DNA of 62,994 nt, filler included, from Reclinomonas americana ATCC 50394 (taxonomy: Eukaryota), in NCBI GenBank assembly GCA_048213135.1. It is 11 parts of 11 records of this genome, joined end to end, with 100 filler letters (N's around TTAATTAATTAA, not from the genome) between each part and the next. Parts side by side here need not be neighbours in the genome. Positions count along the whole stretch, not along the records: positions 35,798 to 52,998 come from AFZH01019072.1; positions 53,099 to 56,532 come from AFZH01019073.1; positions 56,633 to 62,994 come from AFZH01019074.1; 8 more parts are not named here. The stretch is one strand, 5' to 3'. This document shows positions 50,249 through 62,994 of the stretch, in pieces. The position numbers and the translations under genes were made by a program. The notes beneath the pieces were generated by a model. That model searched no databases and was not told the origin of the DNA. It saw only the letters and a program-made list of their open reading frames with translations. Positions within the stretch are counted from its first letter, which is position 1. Every line of letters starts with the position of its first letter.

Positions 50249-52268
50249 AACAAACAAACAAGCACGCCACGACTCACCACGCTGATGGATGCGAGACAGG
50301 CTGCTGCTGTCAGCCTCGTTTGTGGGCGACATCAGATCGCGCACGGCCACACGCAGCCCGCTGCCGCTTCCGCTGCCACTCCCAGTGCGGTCATCGGTAC
50401 CCACAGACGAATGCTGCGAGTCGACATCAGAGTGGCCTCCACCGACCTGCGCTCGCATCGAGTTGAGCAGACACAAAACAAGGAGGAAATCCGAATAACA
50501 TGCACACTCACCGAGCCATCAGAAGACTCATTTACGGCATCGCCGGCCTCAGGGCGGCGACGAGTGCCACGTCGACCATTCAGACGCTTGCGGAACTTGG
50601 CGCACATCTCGGTAATGGCAGCCAGGCGAGCTTGTAGGGCTTGTCGGCGCGCCTCGCCATCACTTGCCGACTGCGCGAATAAAACACGCATTGAGCAACT
50701 GGCAGTCACGCACTCTTTTTCCGAGTGGTACGCACCGCTGAATCGGCGAGCAAGGCACTGAGCTCCAGGCTCACATCCTCAATCACCTTGGCGGCATGAC
50801 GCAAGGCTGCGCACATACACGCACGAAAAATTCAGATGACCATACGAGAAAATGATTAAAAAGGGTTCAGCGAGTCACACCGGTGAAGAGGAGGCTGAAG
50901 AAAAAGTCGGATTCCTCGGTTGATGGCATAAACTCCGCCACATGCTTGTGCACAGCCAGGAGTGCGTCGGCCAGCTGCGGTCGAGGAATGGCATCGAGCG
51001 TCTTCCGCACCACGTCAATCTCACGATTCCTGCACACACCAAACCCCACTCCATGAGTACATCACCTCTCCTCAATCGAACACCGGCGCTCACCTGAGGC
51101 CCAGTGTCAGCGCATGGACGTGAATCGAGCCTTGCTCCCAAGCGTTGAGCTCAGAGAGACGCTCGGCCGCCAGACTGCCCTCGAAAATGATCAAGTTGTT
51201 CACCAGCTGCTGCGGTGCTTGTTGCACGACACACGTGAAGAGTCCCTCCTCGTTCACGTAGTATAGTCCATTGCGATCGAACGGCACCACCAGCGTCTTG
51301 CGCACACCCGGCGCCACCGGCAGCACTCGAACCTGCGCGGCGTGTGTGTGTGAGTGAAACTGAGAACTGCCTATCCGCCAACAACACGCTGTGCACGCAA
51401 CGTCCCCGCTCGCGGCGACATTGAGGCAGCCGAACTCTTCGGCCGCCGCAGCCACCAATAGCGACGGGAGCAAGACGACACGCGGCGACAGCGACGCCAC
51501 CAGTGCACCTCGTTGTACGTGCAACGACCACGGGGTGACCAGTGCAAACTGAGCGCGTAATGTGTGAGGCACACGCATTCGCGAGGAAATTGAGACAATC
51601 ATGACTGCGTACCGAAGACGACTGCACTTTGTGCGGATCACGCATCCAGTACGACGCGGCACGCACTGCGCTGGCGTGCGCTCCTCGTGACGGCGCAATG
51701 CTGGCCCGTCCAACCAGCGCGGAAATACGCCGCTCGGCCGGTGCTCCGCCCGCCGACTTGATGGATGCGGTCAGCTCCGAACGCGGAGTCACCATATGCA
51801 GCCAGCGTTCCACCGGTTCCGAGACAGTGTGTCGTCGACGCTGCATCACTGCACGACGTGAAGCCAAAGAACATGCAGTGTGGTCAGCGAGTGCGCACTG
51901 AACAGTGATGCCCGCCACATCCACGCAACGACTGTGGCCGTCCTCCAACAGCGCACTGCGCGTGTCTTGCACCGCACGCAACACCGCCAGCGTCTCTGGG
52001 CGACTGTCGGCATCGCTCTCATCCCGCGACTCATCGCCGTCATCATCGTCGCCGTCGTCGTCCTCCTCATCGTCGCCATCCTCCTCATCTCCGTCCCCAT
52101 CGTCATCGTCGCCGTCGTGCGCACCTGCCCGGGTTGGCACGAAGGGTCAGCAAATCGCACAGGGAAGTGTGCTTCTATACAGAGAGAGAGAGATGTCCCA
52201 CCAGCTCCTGCCGCAGCAGAAGAACCAGAGCCGCCCGCCCCACCAGCAGATGCTCCTCCGCTTCCGCG

Positions 52269-52302
<34 letters not shown>

Positions 52303-52998
52303 GCGGCTGCTCCCCCTCGACTACGCCGTAGAGTCCACCCTCGCGAGGCCAGCGCGGCAAAGTACACGTCCAAATCGATCAAAACCGACTCGCCCGTCGC
52401 CGAGCACACCACCGACAGCATGGCCATGTCGGAACTGGCCAGAAGACGATCAAACACAGGCGCGGCAGTGGCACGCTCCGAGTCGTCCAACCACGGAAGA
52501 ATCCGCACCGCAAAGTGGAAGCTATCAAAGTTCCACACTCCTGCCACACTTGTGCGTGAGCAAACCTTGCCCTGATTGGCAAACGACGAAGAAACAAATG
52601 CACACGCACCGATTTCGCCCTCGGTGGTGAGTACAAAGAGAAACTTGCGAATGGCCACGGCATCGACGACCGCAAAGTCTGCTCGCCGCATGCCCGCCGC
52701 CTGTACCGCCACCGACTTGGCCGCCACAGAAGCAGCCGCTGCAACATTCGCCGCCGCAGCACCACCTGCTGTCGTCGGAGCACCAGCAGCAGCAGCAATC
52801 GCAGCAGGGGCGGCCACCAGCGGCGACTCCAGCTCAAACGATCCCAGAATGGAGAGACTGCAGTGGTCCACCAACAGCACCAACACCGAGCGCGCCAGCA
52901 CCAGCAGAATCGATCCGGCAGAGTCGACCACCGCCAGCGGAGCACGTGCTACACACCAAAGCAAGTGAGCCTCATCGACCGACCTCCTGGCACACACA
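41364..52998 (-). CDS. SPG11: Spatacsin (AP-5 associated), many exons, 5' end lost at gap 52999
   Basis: The C-terminal region matches spatacsin: ELLVLAYICF..EG...LVRLLTSIRQYHRLQFLFEILLEHDQFELVLRK, LRLALATYVQDHYPADDEKLTMIYLRFQMFRALGE, LIAAYYDL..DWVLAL. Also AERLSELNAW...HALTLGL. Stop TGA at 41364. Confidence 0.88.
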
Positions 52999-53098
52999 NN
53001 NNNNNNNNNNNNNNNNNNNNNNNNNNNNNNNNNNNNNNNNNNTTAATTAATTAANNNNNNNNNNNNNNNNNNNNNNNNNNNNNNNNNNNNNNNNNNNN

Positions 53099-56000
53099 AC
53101 GCAGGGCGTGAGGAAGAATAGAAAGCAAGGCGCGTCAATAACCACACACACACACACGCACCTCTGCCAGGATTTCCATCTTGCGCTCCAGCGTCGGCAA
53201 CCACCTCTGCATGAGATGCACATTCTGCAGCAGCACCCAGCCACCGTCACGAGCGCATCGATCCATGGCCTGCGCCGGTGTGTGAGATTCATGCAACAAT
53301 GACTGATTCGTCTCACGCAAACGCAACAGCATTGGCGATATCCTCTTGACCTTGTCCCATGGACACATTGACGAACTTGCGGTTCTCCTCCATGAAGCCC
53401 ATCTTGCGACCGAGCGCCTCAATATCCTTGACAGGATCGGCACCAGGGAACAAGATGAAGAAGAGCGGCGTGCCGGGACCACTCTCAAAGAAGGTGGCCT
53501 CGAGTGAGAACGGCACCTATGCGTTTGTGTGATGATGATGAGCTGACACGCACACACAACAAAGGAGGAAACATTACAACGAACCTGTTCGGCAAATTCA
53601 TCGCCGAGGTTCTCCGCCGCGAACAAGCGAGTGGCCGCTGTGACACGGTCGGGCCGCAGCGCACGCAAAATCAACAGTCGTTGGAATGATGCGGCATTCT
53701 TCCACTCGCCCGGCATCTTCTCGATTTCGGGTTGATCGGACTCGGCCCACTCCTTCCAGCGCTTGGCAGCACCCTCAATGTCGTCTGGCAACTTGGCGAA
53801 TGCTTCCAATTGCTGTTGGATTTTCCCCCCACGGCCGACAACCATTTAGCACGTGTATGCAAGACAAACCACGTCAAGATGCGTCACACAAATAAATCAA
53901 ACCTTCAGGGCCTGCAGGCCGAACCAACCAGTGTCGGGCAGCCACTCTTGCAGTGGATTCGCCGACCCGGTATCGATCTTGCTGCCACGAGTGAGGTACT
54001 CCAGCTCGTCGACGCGGATCCTTCTCTCTTGCACCAGGATGAGGAAGCAGAGTTGCGCGGTGAAGATGAGCTTGTGCTTCTCGAAGAGACCACGGCGGGC
54101 GTAGTTGAACACCGAGAAGGTGATGGACTTGAGCAGGTTGAGCATGCGCTCCTTGAGCACGTCGTGCGGCGTGGCTTGGTCGATAGCACGCGAGAAGACC
54201 ACTTCGAAGGCGCCGAGTGAGAACTGGTACATGCTCTCGATGCGGTTGAGCGAGTCGAGCAGGAAGTACAGCAGCGAGCCACGAGCAGCCACAGGTCTAC
54301 GTGCACAGAACACCGCGTGGTGGTGAGTCAACAATACGCAGGAGAACGAAGGAGCACCTCATTCGTGACGCACCGGTACTCTTCACGAGCGCGATTAATG
54401 TTGACCTCGGTGACCTTGGCGATTTCGACCTTTTCGGCAATATCGAGTGCCGTGACCTTCGTCTGCTCCAAATTCTCAATGAGCTCCACGTCTTCGAGAA
54501 TGTCGCCCTCGGCGTTCGACAGCCTGCGCGCGTCGAGTGTCATGAGTGAGCGGAAAGAAAGATGGAGTTTGACAAAAGAGGGGAACGAGGCACGCACTTG
54601 TTGAGCACGTTCTCCTCGAGCTGCTTGAGGCGAATCTTGAACTCGTTCTGCTGCTCAATGAGCGCCGCCTTTTGCTGCTCGAGATCCGGACGCTCCTTGC
54701 GCACGACAAGCGCCAGCAGCTGCTCCTCCAGACCGCTTTCCGTGACCATGAAGTTGATGATGGTGCACTCGGCTTGCAGCTCGGGCTGGTAATGCGGATT
54801 GCTGAGCTTGGTGTGCAGGAACAGGCGGAACTTCTTGTGGTAGTAGACTTCCTTCTCGCCCAGCGTCACATAATTGTCGTGACCACGCTTGACCGTGCGA
54901 CGGCCGACCACTGGCGCCAGAATGGCGTCGACAGTCTCGCCAATGTTCTCAATCAGCACCGGGTCGCCATTCTCAATGGCACGCTCCAGCACGTCCAACA
55001 TGGTCTTCTGACCGAGACGGATGACCTGCGCAGAGAGAAATCCACATCGTCAGTCTCAGTCTGCAACTACACCCGATACGAGTGGCGACATCACCTTCAA
55101 GTTGTTGCGCTCCTCGCGTGTCTTGATCCACGTGATGCCCTGCAGCTGCGGATCAATGATCAGCGGCCAGCGGAGGCAATTGGTCATGATGGTGCCGTTC
55201 TCGGTGGAGACACGATCGGCGGGCAGTTTCTGCGCGATGCACACATAACACATACGTCAACACAAAAACACAGCACATCCCACGCGCTCTTGTACGCTCA
55301 CTCACGCACCTCATTGCTCCACCCGGCAATGGTGGCGTCGTCGACAAGCATGGCGATCGGGTCCTTGTTCTCACCCATGGGGATTTGCAACTCGTCGAGC
55401 TTCGGCACCCAGCGCTCTTGCACGAGGAACTTGCGCAGACGCATGTTGAACGGACCAATGTACGACAGGAAGGCGGCGGACAGCAACACGTCGCCGACGA
55501 GCAGGTTGAGCCGGAGGCGCAGGGCATTCACGCCCTCCTTCCAGCGCACCTTCTCAGAGGCGAGAGCGCGCACCAAACGCTGCGCGAGGTTCAATTTCTG
55601 CACAGGCACCAACCAGTCAGTCTTGATTACTCCAACTCGTTGTCGAGAAGAGAGATGCATACCCTGCTCGTGGCCTCGGCCTCCATGACGACACGAATCT
55701 TCTCATTGTTGGCCTCCTCGAACTGGGCACGCAGGTGGGCCAGCTTCTCCTCGAGGGCACGCAGCTTGCGACGCAGAGCGTCCATCTTTGCGTTGGCCTC
55801 TTCGAGACGGCGACTGGCCTCGGCCAAGGCAACACGCTTCGGCTCGACTTCGCAGTGAATGCGGTAGTAGCCACAGATGTTGATGACCCACTCGCAAATA
55901 CCTGGGCGACATACACACACACACAGACGTGTAAGAGCGTAAGCACACGAGGCACACAAACGCACATGCACAGTGGGGAAAAAAGTAAAGAGACGCACCG

Positions 56001-59000
56001 GCAGCGGCAGCCGACTTGCTCTTGATGACCTCGCCAGTGAAACCCGGGTCCTGCAAGTACGGGTCCAGCACCTTCAGATGCGTCTCGGGGATGAAGGTCT
56101 TGTCGAAGGTCTGCAACAGACGCAAGAAGGCGTCGACGTTGCCCATGAACTTTTGCGCGGCTCCCCAGCTGCGATCCTTCATGACAGCCTTCGGTGGCGA
56201 CAGCAACACCAGCACAGCCGCCATGACACCCTTGACCTCGGCAGGCGGGTTGTTGAAGGCCTTCATTTCGGACAGGTTGTTCTTGTTCAGCGTGTTCAGC
56301 GCAGCCTCGGCAGCACGCACTGTAGATGTGTTAGCAATCATCTCTTTCCGTATGTGCAACCAAAATGAAGTGCAGCTCACCAGCGGGCTCGGCGCGCTTC
56401 AGCTCCTCATCGGCTTCCGCTTGCACTTGTCCGACTTCGCGCTGAATGGCCTCGGCCTTGCGTGCCTCCTCCTGGGCACTGTTCGCGACACACACACGGA
56501 TGAGCACACACGCGCATCAAGTAGCCACCACCNNNNNNNNNNNNNNNNNNNNNNNNNNNNNNNNNNNNNNNNNNNNTTAATTAATTAANNNNNNNNNNNN
56601 NNNNNNNNNNNNNNNNNNNNNNNNNNNNNNNNACTGCGCGAGGGGAAAAGGGGAATACACACATTCAGCACGCGGCAAGCGCAGCTGTTTTGCAGCAGGT
56701 GATGGGGCGACAAAACCTCAAAAGATCCTTGTTGAGCATGTACAGCGTGATGAACTTCTTGGCCAGACGACGGGCGTCGAGGAAGCCTTCGGCCATTAGC
56801 ATATTTTCGCAAATCAGCTCCAGATCGGGGACGACGACCTATCCGCGCACACACGCCATTCCGTCAGCCACACACCAAACTGATAAAGCGCAGCCAGCAC
56901 AACGCAACAGTCACAGGACGGAAGAGTGCCTTCAGCGACTCGGGCAACTCGGTACGACCAAGGTAACCGGGGTTCATGGTGATGAACGCGCCGACCGTGG
57001 AATCGAGAGCCACCTCCTCACCAGGGAACTGGAAGGTGGTGCGGCCTTCACGAATGGCATCGAGAATGGACTTGAACTGGGTGGACACGACAGACAGCAC
57101 CTGTGCGAAAAGAAACAAACACAGTGTCAGTGCAAGGGGAAGAAGTGATACTGCTGGAGGCGATTGCAACGCAACTTCGACGGAGATGCGGTTGAACTCA
57201 TCGAAGCAGCCCCACGAGCCGGACGAGGCCAGACCCTTGAAGATATCGCCGAGCGAGCGGTAGTCCATTTGATCGGAGCAGTTGAAGACGTACACAGGCT
57301 TGCCGAGCTGACTGGCCAGATCCTTGGTGGTCTCCGTCTTGCCGGTACCGGCGGGGCCGGCGGGCGCACCGCCCATGATCAAGTGGAGACTCTGCGTCAA
57401 CGTAATGTCTGCGAGAGGAGGAGTCAACAAGCAAGTGGCAGAAGGCAGCAGCCGCAGCAACACAACACGCAACAGATACGATCTGTCAGAGGCGTAATGA
57501 CGAGACGCGGGCCGTTGCCGAGGTACTCGTAGCCGTACACAAAGTGCGCATCGCAAATGTTGATGTGGCAGTGACCGTCCTTGTCGTCCCAGCGGTTGCG
57601 CAGCTGACTCTGCCAGCCAAAGGCCTGCGCACTCTCGACCTTGTCGCGGATAATGTTTTGAATCACATCACGCGAGTGCACATCGATGGTGACGAGAGAC
57701 ATGATCTTCTGACGATCGCCCCTTGACAGTTCGCCTTGGACCATCTGCAAGGGAGAGATAGAAGTTGAGGACAACAACAACAACAACAACTGCCGTGAGG
57801 ATAACAAAGGGTGACGCAACGCGAATAATGTTGTTCAGCTGCTCGATCTGCTTCTTGTTGTAGTCCTTGAGGGCGTTCTCGTTGCCTTCGTCAATGGCCT
57901 CGTAGGCCATGACCACTTCGGTGGCCCAGTAAATCTGCGACACGACCAGCACGACCTGAGCGGGGAACTTGAACAGCCACTCCTCGCGCTGCGTCTCCTC
58001 GTAGGCCACCACAGCGTCGGCGATCTTGGCACGCACAGCCTCTTGCATGGTGTACGTCAGCTTGTTGAGCCAGTTCTCGACCTGGCCCTGGCACACCATG
58101 GACTCGGCGAACTCGACAAACTCGCCCTCCTTTGAGTACATGCCAGTGGCCGTCTTGGACTTGTTGCCCTGCGCGTCCTCCTCGAAGTGCAGCGTGGCCA
58201 TGGCCTGGTACAGCTTGGGGATCTGCTTCATGACGGCGTGCGGCGACTGGCCGCCGACAGAGAGCACGTCGAGCAAATCGGGCACACTCATAAAGTAGAA
58301 GCGCGGATATGCTGCAGCACAAGAGCCGGTCAGTACTCTCGCTATCACAGTGAAACATCATCACGCCACTCACTCACCCTTCTTCTTCGTCTCCAGGTAC
58401 TCGTCGAGACGCTTCTCGCACTTGCTGAGGCCGACCTTGAGCTCGCTGAGCTTGTCCTCGAGACCAGGCTTGACGCAGGCCTCGATCACATGCGGCGTCT
58501 GTGAAATGCACACGCACGTGAGATCACGGATGGCAAGGTGATAGGAACACTACGCTAGACACACGCACCTTTTCAACGTCGTACAGCAACACCTTGAGGT
58601 CTTCATCGATACCATCGAAGCGGTGAGACTCCTCCGGCAGCTGCGCACGGATATCCTCGGAGCCAATAAAGATGTTTTCCAGGTAGGCCCACGTGCGTTG
58701 CACGTCGAGGAACACGTTGAGCACAGTGTCGACAGTGCCGAGCTTCTTGATCCACGCCTCCACTTCTTCGGCAAAGATGCCGATGAACTTGGACGTGCTC
58801 ATTGCCTGCACCACCATCTGATCCTGCTCGAGCGTCTCGACCACTTCTTCCGTCACCTGTGGTTAACGCGTGCAAGTCAGCGACTGCGGAAGCACACAGG
58901 GCAGAGCACAAGCAGCGACGCACCTTGATGAGCGGAATGTCCGTGTCCTTGTGCTTCGTGTACTCCAGGTGCATGTCCTTCCAGTGAGCGTCCAGCTCCT

Positions 59001-62000
59001 TCAGCGACTTCTCCATCGAGTTCTCCTTGTTCGACTGCTCCACAATCGTCTCCACGTCGGCGACAAAACTGCGCAACAATACAAAGAGAAAATATTCAGC
59101 CTCATTCTCCTTTGCACGCGAGACAGACGCGCCCGCCCCCCCGCTCGGACTTGACAGAGAAAAGAACAAAAGAATCTCGGACGCTGCTAGTGGCGGCGAG
59201 CGAGTGAGGCTTGCCGCACCGTCGCCAAAACATTGCGTCCTTCAAAAGTCACCGCCACCACCACCACGATCCCACAAATACACAACACGGCAGGCGACTC
59301 ACCGATGCAGCTCGAGCTTCATGAGATCCTGCAGACGGAAGTCCTTGGAGAGCGTGAACTGCACGCCCGTGGTCGTCATGAGTGCGTTCCAGTGACGCGG
59401 ACGCATGGCGGGGCTGCGAAGCAGTGTGATCAGCGGCAGCGACACTTGGAAGTTGCGGACCGAGTCCTCGAGGCCGACAAAGACGTTCCAGGAGCGCACG
59501 CGCTTGTCCAGCTGGCGAATTTCCTTGGTCAGCTTCTTGCTCTCCGAGTCAATATAGTCGGTGTTGACATCCAGGAAAGGAATCTTCTCCCAGTCGCCCA
59601 GCTGGTACTGCACGAGGCCGACCACATCCCATACCTGCTTGAGCAGGCGGAGATCCGAGCGGCACTCCTGTGAAGTTGAAGCAAAAAATCAGAAATAGAA
59701 GAGAGAAAGTAACGAATGTGGCGTCGACGCAACTGTCAGCGGGTACGCGTTGTACGGCATGAGCTCGAACAGATCCTGCTTCTCGAGGAGCACCTTGTGC
59801 TCGCCCTCCAGCGACTTCACTTCGACGTTGAGCACGTCGAGAGCGCGGTACGCCTCCTCCGGCGGCGTCTCATAATTCATCGGAGCGCGCGCCAAGAATG
59901 TCTGGCGGTACTTGTCGAGCTGTGTGCGCAGAGGCGAAGAGCAGTGAGAGCCCGGGCGCACGAGAAGAGGAGCGATGCCAGACACACAAACCTTCTTGCT
60001 GAACTCATCCTCCAAGCGCTGAATCAGAGCCATCTGCTGGCTCTGCAGCGGCGACAGAGTCTCCTTGGCCTGGAACACCAGCTTGGCCAGCTGACCCCAC
60101 TTTTCGGGGGCGGCGTCGAGGTCCTGCAGCGTCTGGTCGCTCACAGTGCGACCAAACTTGCGCAGCAGCACCGTGGTCTGCTTCAGCGGCTCGAACATGC
60201 CCTCGGTGCTCTGCTGGCGCTTGCGGTAGTGCGACAAGTGCTGCATGGCCGCCACGAGTGCGTGGTAGTCACCTGCACACAAACAAGCACACACAAGACA
60301 ATGAGACGGACAATCAATGAAGGGGAAAGAATGACTGATGTAAACGGACCGCCTTCCACGGGATTGCGCAATCCAGCCGTGGTGTCTCGGCAGAACTGGT
60401 CGAGAGAGCGCAGCTTCTCCGCCACGTCCTTCTCGAGGTGCTCCAGGAACATGTAGCGCCAGTGCTGGGCCTCAACCGACAGCGCCTCACGCGCTGGTGT
60501 CAAGTCGACCGACACCCAGCCGTACGAGACATTGCGCGGGAGCGCCTTGACCTCCTCGATCACGGCGCCGTAGCGCATAATCGCCTGATCAAAGTCATCC
60601 AGTACCGGGGCTACATACGCACAAACACACACACAAACACAACCGTCAGCCGCCAAGATGGAAACCGGTGCTGTGTATCGCAGAGACGCAACGCTCGTAC
60701 TGCGGTGGTCCCTCGATCTCCTCGGTGCCCGGCTTGATGCGGCCAGTGATTTCACCAGAGAGGAACCGCTGCAGATACTGCTCGCGATCTCGCTTGTACA
60801 AGTTGTCAAACTTGGAGAAGCGCGCGCGGAACTCCTCGCACTTGACCACGGTCTCGTCGAGCAGCTCCAGCACTTCCTTGCGCTGGCGCGTCAGAGACTC
60901 GTCGGCGGCAATCTCCTCCACGTAGTCTGCGAAAAACACACGTGAGACACTCGATAAGTCAACCTCTCGCTCCTTGCGCTCCACTCACCCTCACGCGGGT
61001 TGTCCAGGCGGTTGACAAAGGCGGCCAGCTTGTACGCCGTGTCGACCCAGCCGGTGACGCGGTCTTGCAGTGAGCCAGGGCCACCGCGGATGGACGGCGA
61101 GTACCGCATGTCGTTGCCGAGGAGTTGGAGGGTGAGAGAGGTGAGTGGGCGAGCCTTGCGCTTGGCCAGCTCAGCCTCGCTCTTGCGCACGACCACCATG
61201 TTCTTGATGAGGAAGTCGAGCGCCGAGTTGATGGCGGCGTGCACGCCGATCGACACAATCTGGTTGACGTAGTCGACGTATGCGCGCCAATGCTCGCTGG
61301 AGCGGCTCGCCTCGAGCTTCTGGCACGACATGGACATGAGCTTGTGAATCTTGTGGCCCTGGTCAACTGCGGAAGGGTCAGCACCGGGTGACAGCATACA
61401 CGAAAAAAAGAAAGCAGCACAAACCAATGTCGTTGGTGTCGGTGATTTCCGGCGTGCTCTTTTGGCGCCAGCGCGAGAACACTTGCTGGGAGAGCGGAAT
61501 GCTCGACGATGCAGCACCGCTGTCGTCCTCCTCGGCGCGTGCCGGGCGCCAGAATGTCACCACACCGACCAAACGACCCTGCAGCAGACCAACACTGTCA
61601 GCTCGCCAACATTACTTTACAAATCTCGGTGAATGTCCCGCACACGCACCTTGCCGCCGGTCTGAGCCGCACCCTCGGTTGATGCCGCAGCATCGCTGCG
61701 AGAGTCACCCGAGCGAGTGATGACCTTGGTGAGATCGAGCCAGCCCGTGAGAATCTTCTCAATGCTCTTGACGTTGCCCTTGATGAAGTTGAGGCGGCCG
61801 TACAGATCCTTCACGACGTCACGCGACTGCTCAATGAACGGCAGGATGCCTTCGTCGTGCCACGTCAGGCGCACAATGCCGTCCTCCATCACACGGTTGA
61901 TGGAATCCAGGCGCTGTTGCACCAGCGGGCGCTCCACCTCCAGCATCGTGCGCATAATGGTGTTGTACTGCACGTGAAGGGAGAGGAGATTAGGGGAAGC

Positions 62001-62994
62001 GGGGGGAGGTGCAAAGAAACTGGGGGAAAAGACACCAACCTGGCCGACAACCAGCTGCAGGTTGCTAATGTACACGCGGTACATGTCCTTGTCCTGGTAG
62101 ATCTTGCTGGCCGTGTCGGGCACTTTCATGTCCAGCACAGCGAGGTACTTGACCTCTTGCATGCACGACGACAAGGCCTGGTCAAAGTTGACCGCCAGCA
62201 CGACGCCGTTCCTGCAGCAGCAGCATGAGCGGGGAGAAGAGGAGAGAGAGAGAGAGAGAGCAAGCACACGACGAGACTCTCACCGCTTCAGCAGATTCTC
62301 GTTCAGCTTGTCCAGTGAGACCTGGTCGACCTCGGAAGACCACGCCTCGAACACGTCGGCGACGAATTGGTTGAGCACGCGCACCAGCTGCTGGTACTTG
62401 TCCATGACCTCCACTCCCTCCTCCGACTCGAGGAGATCAGCGCGCAGCACCTTGAACTTCTCCATCGGGTAGGAGATGCGGTCCATCAGACCCTTGCTCC
62501 ACGACAGTGTGCCAGCCACACGCGGCAAGTTGTTCAGCACTGGTGGGTTGTCCTTGTGCTCCGTGACGTACGTGGTGACCTCGTCCAAGTCGGCATTGTA
62601 CATGGACAACAGGTCGACGTAGCGATTCTGCAGCTCCAGTCGCACGGCCTCACGAGTGCCCTGCGCCTCGAACGTCTCCAGCACCTTGAAGGCGGCCACG
62701 GGAGTTGAAATGTCCTCGAAAGCCTTGGCAATGACGTAGCTGCACAGAACAGAATGGATGAGCACCCAACGGGCGCATCCCTCCTTCACCCAACATGCTC
62801 ACACACTCACCACAACCGGCGGTCAAAGTCCTTGGTCTTCGAGCAGTACAACAAAAAGTCGTTTTCGAATTGCACAGCGTCCAGATCGAACAGCTCGTAG
62901 TCGGCATCCTCAAACTTCTTGTACAGGTCGAGGAACTCATTGTACACGGCCTCGATCATGCGGCGCAGGCGATCGCCACGGCCACCGCCCGTTT
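53099..62994 (-). CDS. Axonemal dynein heavy chain, outer-arm beta-like (DNAH9/11/17, ODA4 type); partial at both ends, AAA2-AAA4 lost in gap 56533-56632
   Basis: Tail and linker exons ([31 protein letters not shown]). AAA1 [19 protein letters not shown]...[10 protein letters not shown]...[18 protein letters not shown]...[24 protein letters not shown]. Stalk and MTBD ([15 protein letters not shown]). AAA5 ([22 protein letters not shown]). AAA6 ([29 protein letters not shown]). Confidence 0.97.

Noticed and set aside
54672..55688. Long plus-strand ORFs opposite dynein, and similar antisense ORFs elsewhere
   Set aside because: They are the expected shadow of GC3-rich codon usage on the coding strand and show no independent protein features.
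36255..62994. Alternative genetic code or stop-codon readthrough
   Set aside because: In the conserved exons I checked, apparent in-frame stops fall within GT-AG introns, and TAA and TGA end genes at expected positions. TAG use was not testable.

Overview
Eukaryotic, intron-rich scaffold from a flagellated protist-like organism. It is broken by ten artificial 100-nt spacers (44 N + TTAATTAATTAA + 44 N), and several genes continue across them. Most entries in the supplied ORF track are exon fragments or antisense noise, so I spliced genes by hand using GT-AG introns of mostly about 50-100 nt. Genes in order: a secreted FN3/NHL-propeller/cadherin repeat protein (-); a J-domain protein (+); a hypothetical protein (-); a giant polycystin-1/REJ-like receptor with beta-helix, FN3, CUB, REJ, GAIN/GPS and TM regions (-); a non-TALE homeobox gene (+); a hypothetical membrane protein (-); a bacterial-type guanine deaminase (+); ACSF3-type malonyl-CoA synthetase (+); proteasome chaperone PSMG1 (-); a small HSP (-); spatacsin/SPG11 (-); and an axonemal outer-arm dynein heavy chain (-). 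The most notable signals are: (1) a recurrent +1-shifted 5' splice site class, H|GTTGCGT, at 13 donors and never after exonic G; (2) the PLAT-less PKD1-like receptor with an intact GPS and an array of RRxS motifs; (3) NHL propellers inserted inside split FN3 domains; (4) a hairpin-bearing dispersed repeat found in three head-to-head intergenic regions. All family assignments come from motif recognition, not database searches, and boundaries are approximate where stated.
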